NCBI GenBank assembly: GCA_035084275.1
Contig: CM068749.1
Coordinates: 16,120,001 to 16,184,000 of the forward strand
DNA from: Hydrolagus colliei
Lineage: Eukaryota
DNA length: 64,000 bases
Direction: 5' to 3'
Shown here: piece after piece, positions 51,739-64,000 of the stretch
How positions within the stretch are numbered: position 1 is the first letter of the stretch
Layout of the letters: each line of letters opens with the position of its first letter
Notes under the pieces: model-generated
What the model was told of the DNA's origin: nothing
The model's input: only the letters and a program-made list of their open reading frames with translations
Database searches by the model: none
Translations under genes and position numbers: made by a program

Positions 51739-54700
51739 GTAAGAGATATGATTATATTTCCTATAATTAATCAGTGTATAACAGTGTTGGATAGTGTTAA
51801 TTTGTCGGTTTCTAACTATTACACAAAATTGTATTTGTTTGTGCAGATTAATTTAAATTCAATGTAAGGATAATTTTAAAGCTGAATTGTTACTGACATT
51901 TGGATTTGAGCAATTTTTAGGGTTTTGAAGGCATTTATAGCAAAGGCCTTGACACTGCATATTAACATCCTGCTGTCAGTTTCTTTAGAGTTCTGATCAA
52001 TGGATATCATTAATAATCACAGCTAAGAACATAAGGCCCATAGCTCTTTAAATCACAGTGCAGTAGTGCTGCATGCAGAGTTGATTGAAAATGTGGACCA
52101 AGTTTAAACTCGGAAGAGATTAGAGCAGATGACCTGTGCTAAAGTGGTAACTGACACATTCTTCTAGAAGCCTGTCAGGGTCATTAGTCTGGGATACAGT
52201 ACTGAATAAACAGATTCTAATATTTTTTGAGCATTGGTTGCAACAACATTATCTTATGTATCTCTTGCTAATGCTAGTTCATCAATCTCTGGTGAAAGCT
52301 ATAAAAGTCTCACAAAATACACTGCAAGGGCATAAGATCTATTTTTCACTCACGCCAGTAGCAAATCTCCTTTCACCATCATGCAGCACATATTTGTCAA
52401 TACAGTATGAGCTTCCTTCCCTCTTAATTCCCTCTCGTATACCTTCCACTTCACTTTTCCCACATGTGTGCATGACGTTTCCTCTTAAACATGTTGGTAC
52501 TTTCTGTTTAAACCACAGCTTCCAGCAGTGATCACAGTGTTCTGTACTTTTGATTAGCTTCTGTTTGATGGTGGTACCACAGGACCTTGGTCTTATGACA
52601 GAGCCGAAGCTTTATGCATTTACTGTGGTCTTCTCAAAGCTACAGTGGAGTCATTTATCATATTCAAATCAACATGAAACTAAGGATGAAAGAAGTGTCT
52701 TGTGTGGTTGACCCTCAAGTAATTGGCAGTCACCAAGAGGATAATTTTCTGGGCTCTTCAGCTCACGTCCCTGTTAAGGGAATAGAAATCCTCACAGTTG
52801 ATGGATGGCATCAAATTGACTGGCCTTCATATTGTACATTGGTGCAGGTGACCATATCCAGCACTTGGGGAATGTCAGTAGTGACATATCTTTCTTGCTG
52901 TATGATTCATTGTTTCACTACACTGCGAGACTAATGAACCTGACAGGCTCTGGAAGAGTGCATCAGTCACCACTTTAGTACGGGTGGTCACCTGCTCTAA
53001 TCTCTTTCATGGTGCTTGGAAATACCCTGTTGCCCCCAAAAAACTAATGACTGCTGTCACTTTTAATAGTCAAAGGCAAAGCAGTTAGAATCAACAGAGA
53101 GTGGCCATCATTTCAAAAGCTTTGGCTCATTTTATGCCCCAACCTCATTATACCCGCCTTCTCTGCTGAGGTCAAGTAATTTATTAGAGCCTTTACTTTG
53201 TAAAGCTTTCTGTATGTTAACCTCCTGTCCTGTCTTATTCTTCTTGCTTGTTGGACAGTACATTGGGTACTGTGACTGGAGTATATGATCACAATTTTAC
53301 ACTGTGTTTCATTCCCTAAACTGTTATAGTGTTATAATGGAAGTGTTACAGAAATTTTGTCCATCAGTGACAAGTGTTGCAATTTTTAAAAACAAGGCAA
53401 TATTTCTACCATGTTTACGTTAATTGGATCTGTTGCTGAATGATTACTAAGTTGGTATTTTTAGTTTGCTGACAGTAATTGCTTATTTCTATGTTAAATC
53501 TTTCTTATGATATGAAGCGTGGGTGGCCTCAATGTGCCTTAAGAGACTTTTAAGATCTGCATATCAATGTTCCACTTCGTAGATCCGTGGTAAAATTTGG
53601 AAATGCAGAGGAAGGCACAACAATGCGCTGCTCATCACATCTGACACTATTACTATTTTGAATATTGCTAATAAATCAAGATAAAAAAATAGAAATAGCC
53701 TGGCATCAAATTCACACTTTACAGAAGAATGTATGTTTGTTGCACTATCTAATGAACCTTCCCTGATGGCTCATCTCACACTGTTTGAAACGCCTATTCA
53801 GAACAAGCTGCTTCAAAACTGAAGCAGTGATAAGGAACAAAATCCTTATAAAGCATCACTTACTTATTTTATGAAATGCTGGAGTTCAGTCTCAGTCTCC
53901 ATACAAAAAAAAGTTTCAGTTTTTGACCATTGCGGTTTTGCAACAGACCACCAACTCAACAGTATTCTGCGAGTTTCTCTTAATTCTTGACCCGGATAAA
54001 TCAGCAAGTGTATGATAACTTAATTCCTCAATATACACACCTTAAGATTTTTTTTAAAAAGGAACTGCCCTCCACATAAGTGAAATATAGTCTCAATCAG
54101 ATAGCAACAATGAGCTCTGCGGCTGGCATTATTGCAGAATATTTTTCAAAGCAGGATAATTCTCCACAGTTCCTTGGGTGGTGGAAAATAAGCTTCTTTC
54201 AAAATATTGATAATAGAGAGTTAATGGGGCAATGGTGTATTAGGATTTGCTTGTGTGTGATTTTAGTTTTGAAGCTGAAGAAGGTCAGAGCATTACTCTG
54301 CTCTGACCTTCTTCAGCTTCCAAGTTATTTATGAGACAATGTCAAAGATTTGAAGCTAAGATTCCAGGTTCAGGAATTTCAAGTTAGAATTTGATGGTGC
54401 TGTACAAACAAAAAGTTTAAACTAAGGAGGTAAACTGGGGTCAGGAAATGTGAATGTATCGTAAAGACCCTGCTCAAAACAGGAATGGTGGTGAATAGCA
54501 AGTATTGTACACATTTCCAGATGCACTGCTGCAGTTTCTAGATGACCATGACGATGTGCTTGTGCCCTTGGCCTGATCACAACACAGTGCATCTCAGTGG
54601 GAGAAGTAGGAAGCACCCATTAAATAAAGGGAGGAGTCGGGCATTACTTTTACTCAGAAATAACTCTTACCACTACATGATCTACATGTAGATTGCCAAT

Positions 54701-56526
54701 CTGGTTTTAAACTCAAAGGATGTGTATTTACCAATCCTGTGTCTCTGAATGCTTGCCAGGCAATCTTACATATAACTACTGGTGGGTCTCTTCTGCATCC
54801 AGACCATCAATTCCTGATTTACATCATTTATCTCCAGATGTATCATGGCTGGTATAGGAAATCTATCAACAAGATGACTGTGCTTTACAGGATGATTCCT
54901 CAATTTTGGTGACCATGGTGCCTTTCACTGAAATAAGGCTTTAATAATTTACCAAACACCAAGAAGCAGAAGGAACAGGTGGCAATCATTTATTTTCACC
55001 CAAAGTCTTCAAGGGGAAGCTTTGGAAAGCATGTAGTTATTAGCATTAAAAGAAACACTGAAATTGGCTAGAGTTAAACAGATTATCTTCAAAGTTGGTT
55101 TAAAATTGTAGCTTAATACAGTTATAGAGATCAACAAGTAATTAAACTTTCTTTTTAAAAAAAAGACTTTTGACATCAGTGCTAAATTATGACCTTCATA
55201 ATGTTTTAGTGATGGTTGCTTAGTTATGTGGAACTTTTAAAAATATTTGTGATTTTTCAAAATATACTGTTATATTTACAACATAAAAGAGAAGTATGAA
55301 CATCCCGAGATGTATTCCTCTACTGTATTTTCTGGTTGTCCTTCATCCTGTACTTGATTGTGTGGGAATCATCTAGCTGACTACTGCATCTGAATCTCAG
55401 TGAAGTTGCTCGATGATGGTGATGGAGTTTGTCAAAATCTCATATGTTCTCATACATACATCTAACATGCACTGTAGAAGTCAAAGCAGAACAACTTAAG
55501 ACTTAGGTGTTCGACAGGGCAGTAGCACATGACTTGGGATGTTCAAAAACTAGAGAAAAATCAACTAGAATCTTGGAGGAGGATGTGTCCACATTGGAAT
55601 TGGCAGACTGAGACCTGACCCCAATTAAAACACCCTCTAAATATTCCGTGCTAGGAACCTGCTGGAACCTTTCCAGTTGAGAAGATAAGGTTAGCAGTCT
55701 CTCATTAAAGTCCTAATTGAGGAGTCCCCTGAGAAACTGAGAAAAGATATACAATTGGAATTAAGTCAAGCACTGATAATGTAAGACAAGAGAGGTCTGG
55801 TTGGAAGAAGACATTAGCTCAATCTAGGCTGTAGGAAACATTTAATGTGTGTGGCAAATCAGGGGTTAATTCTGAGAGGAGAACAGGGACTCCCATAATG
55901 GCCTTAGAATGGCTACCTTCGTGAGACCAAGTGAAGTAAACCTTTCTATGGTCCATAATCATCTTTAATGCATCATAACAGAATGTCGGATAAACACACC
56001 CTTCACAGTCATTTGGGCTTTACAGTTCAGTAAGTGGGGCTCTTAACCAATGAGTCACTGAAGAATGCTTTAACAGAAATGCTGAAACATTAAGACCAAG
56101 TGGAAAATAATTCTAGCTTCTTTGAATAGAAAGAGCAAAATAGTCTTAACAAAAGAATAGAATGGATCTGTTTCACCCATTTCAAATTGTTATAGATAAT
56201 AATACAAAAATGTACAAAAGTGGACATGTTCATTACGATCCATCTGGCTGATTCTAAGATTTAGAAAAGAAACCCTACAATCCACATACCCCCTCAATTC
56301 AATTATCTATCATATAGTTGTGTAATTCATTCTTCTAGTTGCTGACAAAATCTGCTTCCAACACCTCCCTGGACAATCTCTTCCACATAGTCACCACTCA
56401 ATAAAGTAATTAAATCTGAACTGCCCATTCTTCTTTCCTCCGCTGAGCTTGAGATCATACCCCCACTGCTCTAGATTTTGTTTTCCTCATTAAATATATT
56501 GGATATTGAGTTGATTAATGTTGATT

Positions 56527-56595
56527 TAGCGCCTTGGGACGTCCTCCCGACATGAAAGGCGTTATATAAATGTAAATTGTTGTTGTTGTTGTTGA
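56527..56595 (+). mobile_element. Minimal L2 3' tail with (TTG)n
   Basis: agcgccttgggacgtcctcccgacatgaaaggcgttatataaatgtaaattgttgttgttg, near-identical to 28068-28130. Confidence 0.82.
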
Positions 56596-57902
56596 TGAAA
56601 GTATAGATTCATTAGGAGTCCATGCTCCTTGCTACCTAATGCAATGGAGGAAGTACTTTTTCATTCGCTTGTTGTGATATCCAAATATGTCAGGATCTGA
56701 ATAAAAGACTGAAGGTGAGTTCTCATGAGCAGAAGGAAGGGGACAAAAAAAAACTTATCTCGAATACTGGCAGAAAGTTTAAACAGTTGATATGAGGGGT
56801 TTTCTCCTCCTGACTCTAAATCCACTGAAAGGTGATGCTACTTTCTTTTCCAGTTTGAAAAATCTCTGTCAGACAAGGAGCCATACAATATTAGCATCTA
56901 CATTAGGAGTGCAGAAGACCTTGATAGTGGAAGTTTCAATTTGTCATTAAGCTAATCTATGTTGATGCTCCAGGGATGGAATCTATCTGAAAGCCATGAC
57001 CCACCACAAGGCACATGAATAATGTCTGTGTCTGTAGGGAGCTGTACTTACATTAAGATCCTGGATCATTCTCTGGGGATAGGCCAGTCTAAGTTACTGC
57101 AAAATCATCAAGGTACCACTAATTGTTAAAAGCAAATATTCCTCTCCACTTTTTTTTACTTCTTTGACCATTGTGTCTGAGTTCAGTGTTGGGTTAAATA
57201 AAACCGTTGTGTATTTTCTTTCTTGGGAACAATCAAATCATCACTAAGCAAGCTTCTCAAGGTTTGTGTATTGTGTGGCTCAAAGTAAATGACATTTTAG
57301 GGCATGGACAATCGATCATAATTGGAGAAACTAACAACTGTAAGTAACTTAAAAGCATCAGTTCACTGCTGAAGCACCACAAAGATTTTGCCAGTATTAT
57401 GTGTTTAAGATCTTCAGCACATAACCAATCAAATTCTGCACTGTTATATGTGATCTGCATCATTAATTTTGTTCAATAATTTTGAATGGATTTTTTTTTA
57501 CAGCTACCCTCCTTCCTCCAAATATGCAAAATGAATTCTGAGGCATACATGTTCCACAAAAAAACTAAGTCACACGCTTGAGAATAGGTTGATGCCAATG
57601 GCTTTTGCACTTTTGTACAAGCAATAAACATCTAAACGCACAGGTATAGATTTCTTCCAACACACTAGCCAATGTTGCAGGATTAAAATCCCGAGTTTTG
57701 TGCATTCACCTTTATTCATGGACACCATTACTGACTATTCCTAGTGAGATGGAAGTACAAGTTACGTAATATATATTAAATAATGCAAATGTGCCTTTTC
57801 CTTATATTTAAGCTAAACCACTGTTTGAAGATCATTATATTTTAAATGCACAAAAATAAACATTGAAGGTTTATCTCATTTGCTCTGCTTTATCTCTTGC
57901 AG

Positions 57903-58006
57903 GGACTGCCTCTTATCTCTGTGTGATTACCACAGGAATGTGGAACCCTAAGGGCCCAGATCTGAGCAACTGTACATCACACTGGGTAAATCAAGTGGCT
58001 CAGAAG
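57903..58006 (+). CDS. ADGRL2: Latrophilin-2 exon, HormR domain end, 104 nt
   Basis: Acceptor tatctcttgcag| and donor aag|gtttgt. Translates (G)[34 protein letters not shown]. Confidence 0.95.
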
Positions 58007-58734
58007 GTTTGTTTCAAGCTTTTAAAATCCCATCCGGTGGTGATTAGAACACAAAATGGTTGGGCCTCGATTGTTGAAATCCTTGCTAATGTGTTAATTT
58101 CAAAAGTATTTACATTGTGTCAGCTGTAAGCCTATTAATGCCACTTTTATTTTCCGAGGTTGCCTGCAGAGGCAGGGCCGTCTCTGAAGGCTTAGCGTGT
58201 GAATGTCCCAGTGTCACATTATCCCATATCCTTTTTTGGAATCTGCCTCTGAAGCAAGTGGCTTCTGTCTCCAGGAAGAACTGTGTGGAATGCAATGACA
58301 TGATGATGCTCTGTGCACCCTTGTATGTGTGCCCAACAGATTTAGAGGTTTATTTTCCCAATTGACCGCTTCAGTTTGGGTAGAGGAGTGTCCTGATATC
58401 AGGTGCATCTTCAGGCCTCATGCTACCATTATTTTGGGAGCGAACAGTGATCAGGAACCTAAACTTTCAATCAAACTCTTTATAGGTGCACAAAATATCT
58501 GACGGCACAAGCCACAAAGCCAAAAGCATCTTGAAAAGGAACACAAATTGTCATTGTCACTTTGGTGTCACAGAGCTTGATGCAAAGGCTGCATTGGTTA
58601 CTGAAGCAGCAGTAGTGTTCTTGTGAATTATAGGTTGCTGTAGTTGAAACTGGGCTAGAAGACTAAAAACCATTAACAACCTGCAATTCATCAGGTTTTA
58701 TGATCAGCTGTGAGGATGAAAGAAACAGGTGTGA

Positions 58735-59090
58735 GCTCTCCCAATGGCTAAGTGAGGAAAGGCACCACCTGGTGTAGCACTCGACCTTTCAGACCAGAAG
58801 ATCATCCAGTTTGTAATCCCTGCCTTTGCTGGGTTAGCTGATCTCAGCAGGGCAGCCATTGGGGAGCAAGGGTTGGTGTTTGTGGCCCTGGGCAAAGAAG
58901 GGAAAATCAGTCGCTTCTGACTGTTACCTAGCTGGAAAGTGTTTGTGTGGAATTCAGGTTAGCACATAATTAGGCTTACCTGTGATATGCTTTCTCCCTT
59001 GCCAACCCCACTAACCACCCCGCCCCACAACTTCATACCCAGCGGCAACATAAAATCTTCACTCACACCTGAAGAATGCCCATGTTGAGT
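58735..59090 (+). mobile_element. Family B copy
   Basis: gctgggttagctgatctcagc, ggaaaatcag, gctggaaagtg and ctcacacctgaagaatgccca. Confidence 0.5.
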
Positions 59091-59984
59091 GGGGGCCGGG
59101 GGGGTGGGGGGGAGGGAGAGAGAGGGAAGTGCCACGGAACCATGTTCCCGAAAAAGCTTCAGAACATTCTGAAGACAAAGAGGAAGGAAAGAAAAAGGAA
59201 AATTGGCAACAAGAGAATGTAGGATTTGTGGCTCCATTGGACTCAGTCATTGTAAATTTAAACCTTGTTTATTTTGCCTTTGATGTAATGCTAACACCAC
59301 AAATACTCAGATGCTGCTTATTTCGATAAGCATAGTAATGCTCCCCAGAAGGATACTGACAAGTGGCAGCCTCTATTATTTTGTTATTGTCCATTCCGTG
59401 GTAAATATTGCAGCCTTAATAGGAGCCTAGTCCACTCAGCATATATCTTGCCAGCAGAACGCCTTAGCCCATCATTTATTTGCCGTATCCTTTTTAGCAT
59501 TTCATCTGAAGGATAACTTTTTTTTAAAACCTTCATTGCAATCAACAGTCATCCAATTGTATCATCATGTATGTTCTCTCAACGTCGTGCTATTTGCTGC
59601 TGTGCATAATGGGACTGGTTCTGATAGTTTTGCTACAGCTCTCTGTGGAGCTCAATCTATGTATTCTGTCAAAAAACAGATTGAGGTCTACATTTAGTAC
59701 ATTTAGATATAATAAGACATTCAAACCGTGCTGCACACCCTCGCTACTGAACTGTGGCTGCTTTCACCCAAGAAGTTAGACTGATAATTTGGATTTGCCA
59801 GAGTGGGCAGGATATTATCAACTTCAATTAGCTGTACATGTCCATGCATGGCTGCATCGCAATCAATTTCAACACAGCAGTTGCCAGACATGGGTATGTG
59901 TTAATGGGAGCCGTGAGCTGCTGATCGTAAAAATATATATACATTTTTGAAACCACACTGAGAATATCTAACTTATCATTACAG

Positions 59985-60170
59985 ATTAGAAATGGTGAAA
60001 ATGCTGCTAACCTAGCAAACGAGCTAGCCAAGCACACCAGAGGACCAATTTATGCAGGCGATGTGAGTTCATCAGTTAGATTGATGGAACAGTTGGTTGA
60101 TATTTTAGATGCTCAGCTGCAGGAGCTACGACCGAGTGAAAAAGACACTGTGGGTCGTAGTTTTAACAAG
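59985..60170 (+). CDS. ADGRL2: Latrophilin-2 exon, GAIN subdomain A start, 186 nt
   Basis: Acceptor ctaacttatcattacag| and donor |gtaagg. Translates [62 protein letters not shown], phase 0-0. Confidence 0.96.
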
Positions 60171-60373
60171 GTAAGGCTAATGATCTATAAGCATTTACTT
60201 TTTTCAAATAGGGTGCTTCCTTTATACATAGAAACTACCTCTATTTTGTGTATTAGAATGTCTCTTCTAGGTCCTTTGTGCTCTTAGTGCAATAGTAACT
60301 AATGCTACTCTTCTTTCACTAACCATTTTGTGTTTCTATTTTTAATGAACTCTGCTGTCTATAAATGGAAAAG

Positions 60374-60412
60374 CTCCAAACAAGAGAGAGGACATGCATG
60401 GCATACATTAAG
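60374..60412 (+). CDS. ADGRL2: Latrophilin-2 39-nt small exon in the GAIN domain (LQTRERTCMAYIK), probably an alternative cassette
   Basis: gaaaag|ctccaaacaagagagaggacatgcatggcatacattaag|gtagct, phase 0-0. Resembles the mammalian ADGRL2 segment LQKREKTCRAYLK as recalled. Branch-point-like CACTAAC at 60317-60323. Confidence 0.88.
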
Positions 60413-63094
60413 GTAGCTGATCTGTACTGTCACCTTCTTCGCCTTCCCAACTGATTGCAACTAAGCTGCATGAAGTCCCTGTGTCGCTATTGATTCTTCT
60501 CTGATATTGGGCTCTTATTTTCAAAATTGCCGCAGAACGATTTTTGTTGGCAGTCTGTTCTTTTTGTCAAATTGTATGTTGCCATTGTTTGTCTTCTCAC
60601 CATTCTGAAGCTCCTATGGGTTGGCGTGATCCACATCCTTTAAGAGTTCTGTTTGCGACTTATGTTACAGACACTAAACACTGCAGTGTGGTAAATTTTA
60701 GCCAATCTTCCCGTACATCAGAGAAATCTTTGGTAGTTGAATGCTTATAGCTTTCAAGCATTCCAGTACAATTTCTTAATTCTCTTATCTTTAAAGTCAC
60801 TTACGTTTTGATGCCAAAATTAATTTTTTAAAAAACATACAGGAATTGAATTTTTTGCTGGAATGCTGATATTCTAGAATTAATGTTGAAACTTTCTGTG
60901 GATCTGAATACTCCCTCCCCACCACAATCAAAATGTTCTGACTGATCAGCAGTAAATCAAAATAATTTTGTTGCAGAAAAATAAAGGCATTTTTTGCTGC
61001 TATATTTATGTGCATGTGTGTGTGTGTTATACAAGATGTCTGCAGCATCTTTGGAAGTACATAATGTGCACTTTTTAAAATTAGACCCACAGTTCTTTTC
61101 TACATTCGTATCAGCGTTACTACAACATTTGTCTTGATTTTCCTGTGGATCTGGAATCTTAGAATTGCTTACCAATGTACCATTAATATCGGCTTGTGTA
61201 GCAACAAGACAACAAAGAACATTTATTTATTATGCTTTGCAAATAGGTGTGTGGGAAAAACAGCAGTGCAATGTAATATCTTCCCAGCATGTGTTGCAAT
61301 GACTTTGCCACCACAGCTGAGTTACTGTTTTTTATATGTTATATACTTAATGGTCACTTTAAAGGTAGTACAAATTATAAGAAATTGTTATGTCCATGCC
61401 ATGTTTCCTTATTTAATTGTTTACCTATCAATAACAATGGATTTTATAATGTTATTGGGTAGAGCACCAGCAAAATAATTCTTCCCGTTTGATGCAGCGC
61501 CTTATCATTACTTTGAGACGTCTCAAAGCACTTTCGTAGGACATATAGTAAAGTGAATTGACTGTATATAAATAAGCAGGCCGGATCTCATTTCGACATC
61601 TCATCCTACTAATGCATTGATGGTTCCGAGTCTGTACTAGTTACAGCGTTGGAACCAAATGGAGCTTACATTTCCCTGTTCAGCGAAAACGACACTGACA
61701 AACCATTTAAATTACAATTTGCTTTTAATTTCAAATAAATTCACTCTTTGTAACAACGGGTTCATATATACAGCAGAAAAGAAATATAGAGCTGTATTTT
61801 TGTGTAACTAGAAGGAAAGGCCTCAGTAGACCAATTTCTCCTCCTCACAGTTGATGGCTGTGGCAGAACTAGTATTAGCATTTTGACTATTCTGTCTCCC
61901 ATTAGAGAGGAAAAAGCCTTTAATGCCACATCTAAGTATCTTCCACCTGCCAGGAAGGTCATAGTGGCTTGAAAACCAGACAGAAAGAGGATATTAAGAT
62001 GGATTAGGCTAATTAATCTTATGCTGACAGTAGCCTGAGCAGAGTTTTTCTAATCATTCATGCACGCACAATGCGCTCTGTAAAATCACCCTGTTTTTAT
62101 TTGCATAAAGTGTCTTGTTAATGGAACTGCTACATTAAAATTGATCAGACAAGCCATATGTAGTCCGTACCATTTACTCAGTGAATTGCAGTATCCTAAA
62201 AGACAGTGGACCAGCAGTGCTTGCTTCCTGTGCTTAATTCACTGTTACATTATCTGTACGTTAGAACCCAAGTAGAGCCACAATTGATTAACTGATTTAG
62301 TTGATTCAATGTAATTACTTTCTGACGGGATTTTAATGGTCTCCTGTTTTTTTGTTACTTTAAAAAAAACTTCCACAAGAATGACTAGCGACCTGTGCAG
62401 TATTCAGTCAAACCTTTTATTAAAGGGAAATGACCCCATAAAGCACCGTGTAGGAGCTCAGCTTTTATCCTCTTGAATGTAAAAGTACACTAATGCATTG
62501 ACGATTTAAATAGAAAGTGAATCTCCTTTTCATTTCCACCAACAATTCCCTGCACGTTTCGTGAAAGCACTTATTTTGCAAGCAATTAACATGTTATTTA
62601 ATTAATGATAACTTAGATCAGCGATGCAAGCAGGAATCTTGCGCTTTCCTTTTTCCGCCCTCCTTCCTCCTTGGAGGTGGAATGTTGACTGCTCTCTCAC
62701 AAAACTGTTCTTTCTGCTGCTTTTCTTTACAGCGATGCTCTAAGCAGAGGTGTGAGGCACTGAGATCCACCTAAATAGGTGGTAGACAGAAGCACCTCTG
62801 GTAGGAAGTGACATTGTTGGACTGTGGCTGAGCCCAAGAGTACACTATAGTGTTGGTGTTTCTCGCTCACTGGCCTGTGTAAACTGGTCTATTTGAACTT
62901 TCCCCAGCCATTAGCCTCCAAAAACGGTCATGAATCATGCCTGCAAAATGATTGATAGATTCCATGGCACCCACACTTTCTGGCAATATTTTTCAGCTGG
63001 TTGTATAATGCAAATGTAGCCCTCTCTTTCCTCACCTACATACTTTTGCAATAAAAAATAGACAGCCATCTCATACATATCATTAACCTGCTAA

Positions 63095-63275
63095 GCATGC
63101 TGGCAAGCTACACACGCTCAGCTGTGATGTTCCCATGGTTGAATAGCCTGCCAGCACTCACTGTCAAAGCTCACACATGAATAATGGCCATTTGGTGAGG
63201 TACTGAGAGCAACCAGCACTGTGGAACCATGCCCAGGCATAAGGAAAGAGGGGTGGGGAGGGGGGGTGGGGGGAA
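63095..63275 (+). mobile_element. Family B 3' part
   Basis: actcactgtcaaagctcacacatgaataatggcca (63156-63190) is shared with 40692-40723 and 43150-43190 (minus strand). Confidence 0.55.
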
Positions 63276-63837
63276 TTCCTTGGTGACAAAAAAAACATTA
63301 ATTATTCTCCATGTAATATTTAAAGTTGTTTACTAATTATTTCTCTGCTGGAGCTACATTTTCCATTCCCTAATCTGCATTTTCATATAAATTTTTTTAA
63401 AGCATCAAATATTTGATAACGGGGCAAGGAGTCAGTCAATGCTGCCTACTCATTTGCATGCAATAACAACGGTTAATAAACTTTGAAGATCACTAATATT
63501 GTTTTACTTTCCTTTGGTTCATAAGTAAATTCCTACAATATGTAGGCTCTGAATTTGTAAGTAGTGGTGGAAAGCTCATCTCCATTGAGACCTCACACAG
63601 GTGAGATGAAAAAGCTAGAAAATCACGAAACATTAAAATACATAAATCATTTGCTACAGAAACATTCTCTACATAATTGCCTTTGTGTACTGCCGGATTT
63701 GCTAGGTTGCTTTTGTTGCTTCCCTGAATGTCTACATTGAACACACGCTGTTTTATTGCATATTTGAAAACGCCATGAAATGTCGAAGCAAACCTGCCGT
63801 GAAACGGTACTAATGAGATTTGTTTCAATGGATCCAG

Positions 63838-64000
63838 GCAATTGTGGACACTGTTGACAACTTGTTGAGAACCGAAGCACTGGATTCGTGGAAAGATATG
63901 AATTCAACAGAGCAGGCTCACACTGCCACTATGTTGCTGGACACGCTGGAGGAAGGGGCTTTTGTCCTGGCAGACAATCTAATTGAACCAGCCAGAGTCA
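63838..64000 (+). CDS. ADGRL2: Latrophilin-2 GAIN-domain exon, truncated by the window end
   Basis: Branch-like TACTAAT at 63808-63814 and acceptor gatccag|. Translates [54 protein letters not shown], open to the window end. Confidence 0.95.

Noticed and set aside
61621-61657. Small imperfect hairpin tggttcc...ggaacca as a pre-miRNA
   Set aside because: The stem is too short and imperfect, as expected by chance in 64 kb.

Overview
Vertebrate genomic DNA: AT-rich, repeat-rich and intron-dominated. The repeat families suggest a cartilaginous fish, possibly a holocephalan such as Callorhinchus (inference). The whole window lies inside one + strand gene, an adhesion GPCR of the latrophilin family, best matching ADGRL2 (latrophilin-2). 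Nine internal coding exons can be read with GT-AG borders and consistent phases: two lectin exons split by a ~29 kb intron, a 15/12-nt splice-site-A microexon, the 801-nt olfactomedin exon, two Ser/Thr-linker/HormR exons, and three GAIN-region exons including a 39-nt cassette. The last exon runs off the window end, and the signal-peptide exon and 7TM region are outside. The introns hold L2 and CR1 LINE fragments, a tRNA-headed SINE family and Deu-domain SINEs sharing the L2 3' tail, and an older dispersed SINE-like family. Nearly all short ORFs in the track are spurious. I found no convincing wholly new biological system. The best leads are a NAGNAG microexon able to give KVEQK or MEQK, two templated-inversion scars, SINE copies truncated at the same nucleotide, and a CpG cluster at synonymous sites of the olfactomedin exon. 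Family assignments come from recalled sequences, not searches, and repeat boundaries are approximate.
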